Shown here: positions 13,801 to 26,209 of the stretch, piece by piece | Layout: every line of letters starts with the position of its first letter | Position numbering within the stretch: the stretch's first letter is position 1 | Assembly: GCA_965153285.1 (NCBI GenBank) | Contig: OZ229116.1 | Length of the DNA stretch: 64,000 nucleotides | DNA from: Podarcis tiliguerta | Taxonomy: Eukaryota | Direction: 5' to 3' (one strand) | Made by a program: the position numbers and the translations under genes | The notes under the pieces: model-generated | The model's database searches: none | Told to the model about the DNA's origin: nothing | What the model saw: the letters and a program-made list of their open reading frames with translations, nothing else

Positions 13801-15788
13801 AATTAAGAAAGGAAGCAGTGGAGGGTAACATCAGGGGGACAGAAAAGTCTATTGTAGAAAACTGCTGCAGCCCGTATCCTTTTTTAATATATAGTTAAGA
13901 CCTTTCTTTGGGTGGACTGAATTGGTACAGAAGACAGCAAAAATGATATTATCTGGGGAAACAAATTACTAGAGTTGCCCCAGATAACACGCTGGCCAGC
14001 AGCATTTCCCCACTGTTTCCTAATACCTTACGAGATCCCCCCTTCTTTTGCTAATTTCTGCCAAATGGTTGAGCACCTGGCACGTACCATTTTATTTCAG
14101 TAAAATTGTGAAAGTGGTTGGGATTTCCCCCTGGAGCTGCACTGAGCCTCTGGGGGTGCTGCACAACTATGGGGAAGACCCCCTCCCTACTTTCCCTTTC
14201 CAAAGGAAGGCTAGAGATGGTGCTCGAAATTCCTCTGCAGCACACTGCCCTGGCTTTACTTTCCCTCCGGCTTAACGCTGCAATCCTATGTACATTGATG
14301 GAGGAGGAAGCCCCAATGAATACAAGGTAAGGGCTGGGCTGAAGGAGAGGGACCGAATCTTAGTGACCACATATTTTGGGCTGGTTACTAAAGCCAACTA
14401 CATTTTGTAGTTCCCTCTGGATTTCATTGCTGTAAGGATTACAGAAAGATAATCAAGAGCCCTGCTCAAGGACCTCCACTTGTGCAACAGGGATTTCCTC
14501 TCCCCACCCCCCAACTGTCCCTGAGGGGTCAGAAGAACTCCAAGAACAGTGCATGGGTGGAGGGAGGAGAGGGGAGATAATTTCATCAGGCAAGCTGCAG
14601 TAGAACAATGAAACTACCTTTTTTCTTGTTGTTTTCATTTAGCATGCTTTACAATGTTGGAAGCCTATGCTATGATTATGTATTAAATTTGTATATCAAA
14701 GCCACTGCATCAGGTTTATTAGAATGTGCACACAGGTTCAATATTTGGCCTAGGACATATAAATATTAGTACCTAGGATAAAACTGAAGTGCAGGAAGAA
14801 TGGTGGCCTGGATGCATCCTTAAGTCTAATCTCTTTTGTGTTCTTTCTTGAGGCTGAGGATGAGGACGGCTCTTGCCTGTGGGAATGTCAGGTCCGCTAT
14901 GTGACTTTTATTGGGATTGGGAAAGACGCCCACACCTTCGCACTCATTACTGACTTGGGCCAACAACGTTTCCAGTGCACAGCTTTTTGGTGTGAGCCAG
15001 ATGCCGGCACCATCTCAGAAGCGGTGCAGGCCGCATGCATGGTAAATGCCAAGACATTTAAGCAGGGCTTCCTCAGTAGTTCATGTCCTTTTATTTATTG
15101 ACTACATTTACATCCCACCTTTTTTCCACCAAAGGATCCCAGGCGCCATACAAAAGGTTCCCTTCCAAACACTGGCCACGCACTGTTCAGCTTCTGCAAG
15201 GCCTCTTAACCAACACTGCCCACTTTGAGCTTCAGAGTGGACCAATCTCACCCCACTTCCACCCCATCAGTTAGAAACCCTAGTGTTTGATCTCTGCCCT
15301 CAGCAGTTTCAAAGCATCTGAAGCTGGGATCCTGCATCAAAGGTTCTCATATGTTCATTGTAAGCACTGATGATGCTGTTGGAGCTCTCTCCCCCCACCC
15401 CCCACTTATAAATATGCTGCTCCGAGCTTTATAAGCCTATATCATAGACTGAAAGAATTTATGTCAGGAAATAACTAGATTCAGCAACCACCAGGTTTTG
15501 GTAAGCTCTGCCCTTTGTAAATCCACGATGATTTGCTTATTGTTTTTTTGGTAGGTCCAGTATCAAAAGTGCTTAGTGGCTTCTACATCGCGAATGAGAC
15601 CAAAGAGTGGCTCACGCTCCATCCTGAAGATGAAAAGGACAGTGTCCGTGGACTCGCCAGTCTGTTCCTTTCCTGTCACAGGGCACTCCCTGCAGAAAAA
15701 TGGCAGTGCGGCCACTACACGCAAGAGGGGCTTATTCTCATTCTTCGAAGCATTTCGCCAAAAACATTCCATACTACACACCCCTTAG
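4822..15788 (+). CDS. APBB3: Amyloid beta precursor protein binding family B member 3 (Fe65L2; WW-PTB1-PTB2), 5'-partial
   Basis: Exons 4822-5000 (WW: [30 protein letters not shown]), 6188-6264, 7218-7278, 9459-9605 ([33 protein letters not shown]), 10311-10438, 10790-10795 (microexon), 10877-10991 ([19 protein letters not shown]), 11546-11633, 11965-12048, 12286-12401, 14853-15041, 15555-15788 (ends [22 protein letters not shown]). All AG/GT bounded with matching phases. Matches recalled human APBB3 and neighbours SRA1. First exon (MLGKDYML...) not found in the window. Confidence 0.95.
6438..6512. repeat. 24-bp tandem repeat, 3 copies
   Basis: agtt(a/g)gtctttg(g/a)tctaacttttg at 6438, 6462 and 6486. 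Confidence 0.95.
6620..6977 (-). mobile_element. Sauria SINE, full length, in APBB3 intron
   Basis: On -: tRNA-related head with B-box (GGCAGTTCGAATCC) and (ACCTTT)n tail. TSD ggagatgccta 6605-6615 / ggaggtgccta 6980-6990. Confidence 0.9.
9036..9092 (-). mobile_element. CR1-type 3' end fragment
   Basis: tagaataatagaattgtagagttggaagggacccc...catctagtcca resembles the reverse complement of the CR1 tail at 19605-19657. Confidence 0.7.
9788..9964. mobile_element. Probable GC-rich hAT-type MITE
   Basis: Degenerate TIRs tactggcggag / ctccacctctg; 7/8 TSD cctgcccc / tctgcccc. Confidence 0.5.
10790..10795 (+). CDS. APBB3: 6-nt microexon GGACAG (adds Asp-Arg in PTB1)
   Basis: ttttctctctctttccctacaTGCtgTGCttgactcaAG|GGACAG|GTAAG. 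Phase 2/2; inclusion gives G-R-D-R-D-F-A-F, the human APBB3 sequence. Confidence 0.85.
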
Positions 15789-16050
15789 CCCAAAATATAT
15801 GGTGTGAGACAGGGATGGTGGGCCCCTCGTGAAACTTAACAGTGGCCTTCCTTTGATATCCAGGTTCAGAATGTAAATAGCGTACTTTTGTCTGTTGACT
15901 CTTTCATTGAATCTAAGAGCCAACAGATCCAAGCAAATCTGGCCCCTGAGAGAGGTCTGTGGCTGATCCTAGACATGTTATGCATAGTTTTGCTAGTCCT
16001 TTGCCATGTAGATGCTATGAGAAGGAGGCAATGTTGTTTTCAGGGGGAAG

Positions 16051-16056
16051 AATAAA
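16051..16056 (+). terminator. Candidate APBB3 polyadenylation signal
   Basis: First AATAAA after the APBB3 stop; another at 17786-17791. Usage unknown. Confidence 0.35.
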
Positions 16057-17805
16057 CAAAGCTGCACATGAATGTTCTGATAATGTTCCCTGGCATGTGG
16101 AGTAAGCAGCATCCAATGCATCACACAGGCTTAAAACGTTGCTCCTGCTTGCCCAGGTGGGTTATGGAACAGGGCAGAGCAGGCATGCCAGCTTGAAGCA
16201 GTAGCTCCACTTGGTTTTTTGCAGTAAAAGCTGTGAGTATCGCCACTCTTCCTTCCCCAGCTTGCAGCATGAATGCTTGGCATACGAAACCTGACTGCAA
16301 CCCTAGGCAGGCCATGGAACAGCCACTCGTGTTGATTTGCGGCAGCAAATAGATGCCTGTGAGCCTCTGGATTGATCAGATGTCAGTACAGATACACATT
16401 TCCCTTGAAAAGTGACAAATAGTCTCTTCTTTTTGAATCGGCATACTGAGACATAAGGACTCTCTCAACCCCCTCCCTCCCTCCCTAAATCTGCTCCATA
16501 ACAGTTTAGGGGGCACACAGGAGGAGGACGGGGGGTCCACGTTTTATTGTGCAATTGGATGTTCTTCACACAGTGCCATGTTGGCTACTTCCCATACACT
16601 GTTCCATCAATGCCTATTAACACTATTATCTCTTCACAGTATAGCCTGCAACAGGCCTGTGTTTCTTTGGCAATGTCTGGGCTAATTCTTTAACTTCTGT
16701 ACGTGCTGTAGCAACTGTTCTTTCGAAACAAGCCAGTGACCATAATGAAGCCTAGAATAATCAAAGGGTGCACTTAGCTCCAGTGCTCACTAGCAAAATG
16801 TCTGGTATGTGAGTGAGAGAGTCATTACTGTCCTAAGAACACCAGCATGCCTAGTCAGGCACTTGGATTGGGAACAATGAATTGACCAGGCCATCACTGT
16901 AGGACCCAATGCTGGCTAGCAACTCTGACAGACACAAGTGATTCACACATGTAAGATGCAGGTAAGGAGAATATAAAGCTGCCTGTGGATTCTCTCCCCC
17001 CCCCCCATTTTTTTTTAAAAAAGAAAAAGCCTATAAATATTGAGAGCTTATTGCACCAACATTGGCAAAAGTGACTGCTGAGTCTCATTTGATCTGTGTC
17101 CGGAAATGGGGAGTGAGGCTGGTGCGATGAAAGGGTAAATCTCCAAACACGTTCCTTTCTTTTCTGTTTGGGAGATAAGGTCACCCATCAACTTTATCTT
17201 ATTTATAACTAGCCCCAGATTAAGATAGACTCAAGTCTACCTCAGTGATACTTTATATCTGATCATTTGTGCAAATAAACTACTAATATGGAAGAAATCT
17301 AGAGTTGTTTTATCTTTGGTCTCTGTTTCCAGGTAATTTTATTGGTGCTAGAATGAGCTGCTGATATGGGTGGGAAATGAATGACCTCCCTTTGGTGTCA
17401 CTGTCCAACTCTATGGCCATGCTCACTTCAAGGCTAAATTGGAAGTGGAAAATGCCAAGTTCTGAATGAGGAGCTGAGTCCTTTTCTATGATATAAGTAG
17501 GCAGAAAGGGGGATAGGCAGCAAGTAAGCCTAGATTGAACAGCTCCTGCCTCCTGTGGTTTGTTACCTACCATGAATGGCAGCAGAGAAGTGGAGTAAAT
17601 GGAAGGAGTGAATGGATATTAGCAGGAACAGTGTGAGGTGAGTGGTCTGCCATCTGTACAGCTGCTCATTTTCTAATATGCCTTGCCTTATGGAAATACT
17701 GGGCCTTGGGCTGTGCACTTTTATGAAACGAAAAGGCAAAGACACAACAGACCATTAGACACTGGCACTGCAGAGACTGGCATGCAATAAAACAAAAACT
17801 CTGTA

Positions 17806-18054
17806 CAGTCATACGTTTGCTTCAGGTTGATTCTTTTCAGGTTGCGTCCCGCGGCGACCCGGAAGTAACGGAACGGGTTACTTCTGGGTTTTGTCACTCG
17901 CGCATGCACAGACACTCAGAATGATGTCACACGCATGCGCAGACGCGGTGAATCGTGACCCGCGCACACGCAGATGCACAGACTGGGTTGCATTCTGCTC
18001 ATGATGCGAACGGGGCTCCGGAATGGATCCCGTCCGCACCCAGAGGTACCACTG
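17806..18054. mobile_element. CpG-rich Tc1/mariner-type MITE
   Basis: TA|cagtcatac...gaggtaccactg|TA; right TIR matches the 48314 family. Confidence 0.75.
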
Positions 18055-18603
18055 TATTAACAATGCATGTGCAATGCTGTGGGGGAACTATAAGGAGATC
18101 TGCTGGATTGGGTCAGTGACTCATCTAGTCCAGCAACCTATTCTCACAGTGGCCAACCAATGCCTGCGGGAAGCCCAAAAGACCTGAGCATAACAGCACT
18201 CTACTTTCCTGTGGTTTCAAGCAACTGGTATTCAGAAGCGTCACTGCCATCAATCATGGAGAAAGAACAGAGCCATCATCAGGGTGATTAGCCAAGTGGA
18301 ATATGTGTAGGAAATACAATTTTTTGTTTTATTATATCATATAAACAGGCAGGCAAACAAACGTCATATAATCCACACAGTGACTGAGATGCAATGCCTG
18401 TCTCTAGCTACAACACCTAAGGAGGATTATGGTAAAGATAGCAAGGTCACTTAATATGGGAAATATCATAATGACAGCAGCACTGATTGACAAATAGCAT
18501 GAAAAAGAGTTACATGGCCTGCTGGTATGATTGCCAGGATGCTCCAAGATGAAGCTAATCAAATGCAGAACTAGTCATGCATGAGCTGCAGTGATTGCTA
18601 CCA

Positions 18604-19657
18604 CTCAGTGGATTTGTAACTGGCTGACTGACCGGACCCAAAGGGTGCTCATCAATGGTTCCTCTTCATCCTGGAGAAGAGTGACTAGTGGGGTGCCACA
18701 GGGTTCTGTTTTGGGCCCGGTCTTATTCAACATCTTTATCAACGACTTGGATGATGGACTCAAGGGCATCCTGATCAAATTTGCAGATGACACCAAACTG
18801 GAAGGGGTGGCTAACACCCCAGAGGACAGGATCACACTTCAAAACGACCTTGACAGATTAGAGAACTGCGCCAAAACAAACAAGATGAATTTTAACAGGG
18901 AGAAATGTAAAGTATTGCACTTGGGCAAAAAAAATGAGAGGCACAAATACAAGATGGGTGACACCTGGCTTGAGAGCAGTACATGTGAAAAGGATCTAGG
19001 AGTCTTGGTTGACCACAAACTTGACATGAGCCAACAGTGTGACGCGGCAGCTAAAAAAGCCAATGCAATTCTGGGCCACATCAATAGGAGTATAGCATCT
19101 AGATCAAGGGAAGTAATAGTGCCACTGTATTCTGCTCTGGTCAGACCTCACCTGGAGTTCTGTGTCCAGTTCTGGGCACCATAGTTCAAGAAGGACACTG
19201 ACAAACTGGAACGTGTCCAGAGGAGGGCAACCAAAATGGTCAAAGGCCTGGAAACGATGCCTTATGAGGAACGGCTAAGGAAGCTGGGCATGTTTAGCCT
19301 GGAGAAGAGGAGGTCAAGGGGTGATATGATAGCCATGTTCAAATATATAAAAGGATGTCACATAGAGGAGGGAGAAAGGTTGTTTTCTGCTGCTCCAGAG
19401 AAGCGGACACGGAGCAATGGATCCAAACTACAAGAAAGAAGATTCCACCTAAACATTAGGAAGAACTTCCTGACAGTAAGAGCTGTTTGACAGTGGAATT
19501 TGCTGCCAAGGAGTGTGGTGGAGTCTCCTTCTTTGGAGGTCTTTAAGCAGAGGCTTGACAACCATATGTCAGGAGTGCTCTGATGGTGTTTCCTGCTTGG
19601 CAGGGGGTTGGACTCGATGGCCCTTGTGGTCTCTTCCAACTCTATGATTCTATGATT
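18604..19657 (+). mobile_element. CR1 LINE, 5'-truncated (RT C-terminal part and 3' UTR)
   Basis: [21 protein letters not shown]...[10 protein letters not shown] motifs in one frame to TGA at 19583, with two in-frame stops (19182, 19488). CR1 (ATTCTATG)n tail. Confidence 0.95.
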
Positions 19658-19744
19658 GCCAAAAAGTGCAAACCAAAGATGAATACTTTTGCCATCTATG
19701 TTCTGGTTCCCTCTAAGTTAGGTTACGGCAATGTGTTATAAGTA

Positions 19745-19975
19745 GGCTGTCTTGGAAGATGGTTCAGAACTCCAGCTGCTGCACCAGGACAAGAAGGTTT
19801 AAGCATATTACACTTATCCTGGCCCAACTACACTAGCTGCCAATTAGTTTCTGGGCCCAATTCAAGGCGCTGGTTTTGACCTATAAAGTCTTAAATGGCT
19901 CAGGATCACAGTACCTCAAGGACTGCTTCCACCCTATGAACTGACCTGCGATCATAAACGGAGGCCCCTCTTTGG
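19745..19975 (+). mobile_element. Decayed L2-type LINE fragment
   Basis: Degenerate LH-LPI...QFKALVLTYK segment, homologous to 44612-44815. Confidence 0.65.
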
Positions 19976-20189
19976 CATACAGCTGATGAGGGCCAGGGCC
20001 ACAAGCGGGACCAGAGCCCAAGAGCAACTCTCCCCTCCTGCAGTTTCCAGCAACGGGTACTTGGAAGCATTTATATGTTTTTAAACTGTTGCTATACCTG
20101 CATTGTCTCCGTTATACCTAATTCAAATGTATCCCTATCGTGGTTTAGGACTTCCTTGATATTGTATGTGGGCTGGAACTGGTCTGTGA

Positions 20190-21080
20190 CCGAAATAATA
20201 AGAATTCCTCCTCCTCCACGAACTGCTCTGATCCTCGTTTAAAGCCACGCGAGTTGGTCTCCGCTGCCTCCGGAGGGAGCGAGTTCCGCAGTTCCGACCC
20301 AGCGCTGCCTGAAAAAGTCCTTTCTTTTCTCTGCCCAAAATCATTTCTTGTCTTTCTTTTATAAATTTATTGTTGTTGTTGTTGACATGGTTATTAAAAA
20401 GGCGCTGCTTTTCTGCACAGCAACGGCGGGAACCCACCGAGTTGCTAATATTATTTTAATTAAATGTGTATATACATTTTCATTTTTCTAAGTACAGTAT
20501 TACCTTTGAGTAACCTTTACCTCGGCGGCTCTGAGCAAGGCTGGCCCTCGGCCGCAGGAGAAGGGCGCGGGGCGGGCGAGGCCGGCCAACCCCACGCCCT
20601 CCCGGCCGGGCTCCGGGCCTTCGCCCGACACCTGCCAAGCGCCGCCCGGGCCCTGACCGAGGGCCGCCGCCTCCTCCTCCTCGGCGCATGCGGGCCTGGC
20701 GTCCTCCTTGGCCCTTCCCCTCCGGATCCGGCCCGCCACGTCACGCGCCGGGAAGCGGCTGAGGGCGCGTCCGGCTGAGGGGGAGGCCATGGCGGAGCTC
20801 TACGTGAAGCCGGGTGAGGGGGCGCCGGACGGGGCGCCGGAGGCTCGGGCGGGCGGGCGGGCGGGCTGCCGGCGGAGGGATGGCCTTGACGTCTCGCTTT
20901 CCTTTCCAGGGAACCGGGAGCGCGGCTGGAACGACCCGCCTCAGTTCTCGTACGGCCTGCAGCAGCTTCAGGCTTCCGGGGCAGGAGGCGGCGGCGGCGG
21001 CAAGCGGGGGATCCTGACGCGACGCCCGGCAGCGGCTCCGGGAGCAGCACCGCCGCCGCCTCCTCCTCACGGGACAGGTG
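20190..21080 (+). promoter_or_regulatory. CpG island / SRA1 promoter
   Basis: Very GC- and CpG-rich against a CpG-poor background. GC box near 20569, NRF1-like GCGCATGCG 20684-20692, CCACGTCA 20736-20743. Covers SRA1 exons 1-2. Confidence 0.85.
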
Positions 21081-24000
21081 AGGAGACGCTGAGATGCTTT
21101 CTTTCTTTCTTTCGTTCTTTCGTTCTATTGTTTTGTTAACAGGGAAAGCGTAGAAACAAAACCAAACTCGGGACTATAAAATCAGGGTTCCCAACCAAAT
21201 CCGCTTCGCGGGGGGATTAGCCCTCTCCGTCACGATACGTTCACTTTTTCAGTCATTCACTTATTTGTTTCATGAAATTTGTAAACAAACCAGCAAACAG
21301 CCCCTGCAAGCGGCTGTCTTAATGTGACCCCGGGAGGAGCCTCTGGGACTGTCCACCTCTTCCTGTGCTGAGATGGGTCAAGTTCTCCACACCTGCCAGG
21401 AACGCAGAGCCCACCTCCAGAGACTCTTCCTTTCCTTCCCCCNNNNNNNNNNNNNNNNNNNNNNNNNNNNNNNNNNNNNNNNNNNNNNNNNNNNNNNNNN
21501 NNNNNNNNNNNNNNNNNNNNNNNNNNNNNNNNNNNNNNNNNNNNNNNNNNNNNNNNNNNNNNNNNNNNNNNNNNNNNNNNNNNNNNNNNNNNNNNNNNNN
21601 NNNNNNNNNNNCTCCAAGCCATAGGGCCTCCTGTAGAAGGGCTGCTCAGGTGTCTTGCTTGCATTATTAGTTTTTTAAAAATAAAATTGTACCCATAAGA
21701 AACATGCAAATAGCTGAAGCTATTACAAAGGGCAAAATACATAAAACAGAATGAAATACATTAAACAGTTAGCTTAATTATTAAAACCAGACATTATGTC
21801 AGGATAAGAGCTTGCTCCCCTGAAGAACTCAACTTGTCACCCCCACAAACGTCTCCCTAAAATTGCCACTCTAAAGGCAAAGCTGGCTGTTTTTTATTTG
21901 TATTCTAAAAAAATGTTATTCAAATACCCAGTCAATCTCCCAACTGTGAGATTTAACTTGTTGAACAAAGCTGCTCTTAATCCTCATAGACTGGGCAACC
22001 AGTCTAGTGGGGTAAGTCTTCAGGCAGATTTCCTCCATGTGGGCAAACTCTCTTCATAAGCGATCCAGCAATAGTGTCCTTCAACTATGGCAGAACGCAT
22101 AGGCTGGAACTGCAGAGCTGTAAAGGCTTTTCTCTGTTTGATATTTGTGATGCTGGTTATATAGGAGTCTAAATCAGTAGTTTGGCATACCAAGGGCAAA
22201 TTTGGACAGACAAGCAGAAGTGCAACCAGCACAAAAATCATGCTTTAAAATATGAGCTTTCATGTGGCGAGATGTCCAAACTCAGAATGTCCAAAGGAAG
22301 GCCATGCTTGTAGCATTTCCTAATTCCAAGATGGATTTGAAGATCATAACGTAAAACAGAAATAAAAGTCAGTTCCAGAGATTGACAGGCACACAGCAAG
22401 AATCACACGGGATTTTTTCTTTAAGAATATCAGAAGTGTGACTATGGGTTCCCACAATGAAGAGTGCTGCGAGAGGCCTGTGAAAATTTCTGAAACGAGT
22501 CCAGTCTGCCTTCACAGTTCGTCAGTTGTACCCAGAACTCATTAAAGTCTTTTGTTAGCGTTCTCAGCTGGTCTTGTATATGGTTTAGGGTTTGAAGCTG
22601 GGCCAGGATATTTTGTAAAGTAGCTGTGTTTGCATCTGCCTGTTAATGCTTAGTAGCCTTTGAGTCAGCTTTTTTTCCTTGCATCAGCCATATTTTTTCC
22701 AGTGTTAGTTTCTGCCGCTTTTTTTCTTTCAGCAGCTCTCTTGTTGGTAGACATGGTGATTTATCTTAAGAAGTAAAGAGATAGTAGAAAGTTTATTTAG
22801 TATTTGACATTAATCTTTTGGCAGCACAGAGCTGCTTTCCAAGTATTTAAAGGCCTTTTAGTCGGAGAGATCAGAAGGACGTCCCTCACAGCTCCATTCC
22901 TAGACCGGAGGCCCCACCCCTTTCTTCTTGGAGAAAGTTGACCTGCTTAAGGATTACTGATGCAATTCCTGGACCCACCTCAGTATTGCACTCTTTCTGC
23001 TACTGGTTTCCCGTCAGATATATCTATTTAAAAATAGTCTGTGAAACTCTCAACATGAAAGTGCTTCATCCAGCCCAATTTTTAAAGGGATCAATAGATA
23101 TTTTTCAGAAAAACTGGTCATCCTCTGAGAGCTATTTGGTTTTGATCAGGAGGTTGGGTTTTTGTGTGATGTGTGTTCTAAAGGAAGTGCGTGCAGAAAT
23201 TCTGAGGGTGGGAACTACATAACTGAATCAAATTTATATATTTACTTACACAAATACTGCTATTCTTAAAAAAAATCAAAGCTGTGTACAACAATTGTAC
23301 ATAAAAACATACAACAAAAATATACAAAGTTGAAATCAGCTAACTATTGTGGAAAGTTGTGTTCTTAATTCCCTGCATAAGCCTGATGGAATAGAGAAGT
23401 TTTCATCAGATGTTTAAAAGTTGAAACAGAAGGTGTCTGCCGAACTTCTGTTGACAGAGCGTTCCACAATACTGGGCAAATGACATAAAAGTCTTGGTTT
23501 CTATCTAAGGGGTGTGGCTTTGCTTTGCTTTGCTTGCCTGATTCTGAGACCCAGAATTCGATTTTCTCTATGTACTATACACTGGTTGTATGCTTGATTG
23601 TGTCTTTCTCCTGACTTGTATTTTTAGCACCTGGTCCAGAAAGTGCTACCTGCTCAGCAGCGCCGTCAGCTGTTCCACCGCCACCGGTGGGCTTGCCTCC
23701 TCCTGGTTTGCCAGGCCGCTCCATGAGGGTAGATGCCACAAACCAACCCGTCACTGAGGCTGGAGAGGATTGCCATGTGGAGGATGTTCTTGCCCCCTTG
23801 AATGAGGCTCTGGCCAATTGCAGGAGATCTGTACCAGTAAGTAGAATTGCTTCCTTTTCAGGATTTCCCCATTTTACTTTGGAGGGAAGAAAGTTCCTTT
23901 GCCTCTGTATGAGCAGTTGTGGTCTGCTTCGTTGTACTAAAGTGATTAGTTGAATAGCTAGAGCAGAGGGTGTGAGGGCACATTTGGAAATCTAAGAAGG

Positions 24001-25537
24001 TGCAATGGGCACCATTTCACAGAAGAAAAAACTGGCAATGCTCAGAACCTCATGAAACAATAAAAACACCTATATACACCTCAAAACAAAGCACTTTTTT
24101 TAAAAAAAAGCTGGCCGCCTTCCCCCACAACTCATGCCCCAAGCATACCCAAGCAAGTAGGTATCAAAAACCCCAGACAAAACATCTTCCAATAAACAAA
24201 TGGCACAACACTCCCAGTAACTACAGAAAGAAGAAAAAGGAGAGAAAGAAAGATAACAAGCAACCCCCCACAAAAAAAAACATAAGACATAGCAAACAAA
24301 AACGCAGGCAGAATCATCATTCTGGGGAAAGGAAGTAAGAGGATGAGATGACAAGATGCTTGCAATTTTCCAGCCACCTGTATGTGCATGTAAGCCAAAT
24401 ACCTAAAAAATGGAGATGCTGATCATTAGAAATATATGGAGTGAGGCTTCTATCGCTTGTATTACTGTGGATTACATCTAAGTGTAGCATCTAACATTAA
24501 ATGGTTTTGACTTTCTGTAGCTGGAATTCCAACAGGTCTAGATACTATATAAAATTGGAGCTCTGTTGTTGTGGACTTCTTGCAATGAGGACTTGATTAA
24601 TGTGTCAGGCAGTGTTGAAAAGATGGCATCCTCAGTGAGCTAGAGATGGTGCCAGACTCTGAAAATAGATGGTTTAACTAGGACATCATATTGAACTATG
24701 GTTTGGCACGATGTCTGCAGTGACAAATCTTAGGTATAGCTATTGCTTTAGCAGAGATTAGAGTGAAATTATAAAACTGGTAGGATGAAAATGAAGGCAG
24801 GTGAACAGCAGGTGAACAGTTTGCTTTTTTGTAAGCTCAAAGCTAGTGAGGGTTTTGCCATTCCCTTTTGTCTTAAGAGGACCAAGGAGACTGTGGTGAG
24901 AAGTTATAAACATAACCTTTGTGAGATGTGCTTCCTAAGAAGAATTGCTTTTTTCAGAAACAGGTTTGTGATGACATCAGCAAGCGCTTAGGAATCCTGC
25001 AGCAGATGTGGGTACAAGGGAAACTCTCTGCCCCAGTGAGAAAGGGAATGAAGATTCTGACCCAAGGTAAGCAGCAAGGACAAGGTTCAATGCTCTGCAG
25101 CAACATTCCTCATTGTAAACTCTTATCTTACAGCCTCTGGCCACCTTAAATAATCCCTATAGCAGAACTACTGCTGCAGTGGGATTAGCATGCAGTCCAT
25201 GTGTGTGGCCTGTGGAGCCACAAACATCTGCATTCCTTAATTCTTCAGTGACTTAGGAGCTAGGGTCAGGGGAAGCAGTTGAATTGGGCTACTTTTTCAT
25301 TACCTTTTGCAGTTCTGAGATGCTTTCTTTTTACTTTCAGAGCTCAAGAAGTGGCACTGGGATGCAGCTGATGAGATCCATCGCTCACTAATTGTGGACC
25401 ATGTCACTGAAGTGAGCCAGTGGATGGTAGGAGTGAAAAGGCTCATTGCAGAAACAAGAAACTTGCATACAGAAGATCTGGCCGCAGAAGATTACGAGCA
25501 AAAAGTTGAAACCTCTTTGGAACCAGAATGCCAGTAA
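20789..25537 (+). CDS. SRA1: Steroid receptor RNA activator 1 protein (SRAP), complete, 235 aa
   Basis: Exons 20789-20813 (MAELYVKPG, Kozak gccATGg), 20910-21077 ([15 protein letters not shown]), 23628-23836, 24958-25066 ([11 protein letters not shown]), 25341-25537 ([32 protein letters not shown]...*). 708 nt, phases consistent. Confidence 0.95.
21443..21611. other. Assembly gap (169 N) in SRA1 intron 2
   Basis: Run of N. Confidence 1.
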
Positions 25538-26209
25538 GATTAGGCCAAGTCCAAGGAGTTGGCAGTATAAGACTGGGCCCACAGGGGACTGATTTCCTAA
25601 GCAGCAGAGGAAGGTGTTTTATCTCCTGAGCATTGGTGACCTACCCAAGTTAATTTTTGCCAATCTGACCAAAGCTCAAAGCTTAAGGAGAATCTCTCAA
25701 GTAAGCTGGAGAATTCTGTGCAGCTATTTGAAATTGGTGACTGTGGTTAAAAACAGCCAGCCCTTTCTGGACTTGGTACAAAATGGAAGGAAGTGACTAG
25801 GTGATGCAATTGTAATGCAAGTGTACAATGAAAGTCCAGACTGATACACGTGGTACTGAAACTAAGAGCTTGCACTTACAGGTACTGCTGCTCTGGAGTT
25901 CATTTCAGTCTGGATAAGGTTCCTGGTCTTCATCTACAGGCAACGACCGATTTACGTGTGACTGCACACATGCGCATTGCGGCAACCCAGAAGTGGCTGG
26001 AAAAGGGGGTGGAATGGGGAGGCGTGGGCTTGTGCATGCTCCACTGCACACAATGACCTGAAATGCACCCCCCCCCCCAGATCTGGTTGCATGTACCTTG
26101 TATTTTTCATTCAAATCTTTCTAGGAAAACGTAGACTGTACAAAAGTCTCATGTTTCCCAGCAATTGCATCTCCATCCTCAGCAATTCAGCCAAAATGAG
26201 GGGATAGAT

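Noticed and set aside
20464-21070. Several long overlapping ORFs on both strands at the SRA1 promoter
   Set aside because: Expected from stop-codon scarcity in a CpG island; only the SRAP frame has recognisable homology.
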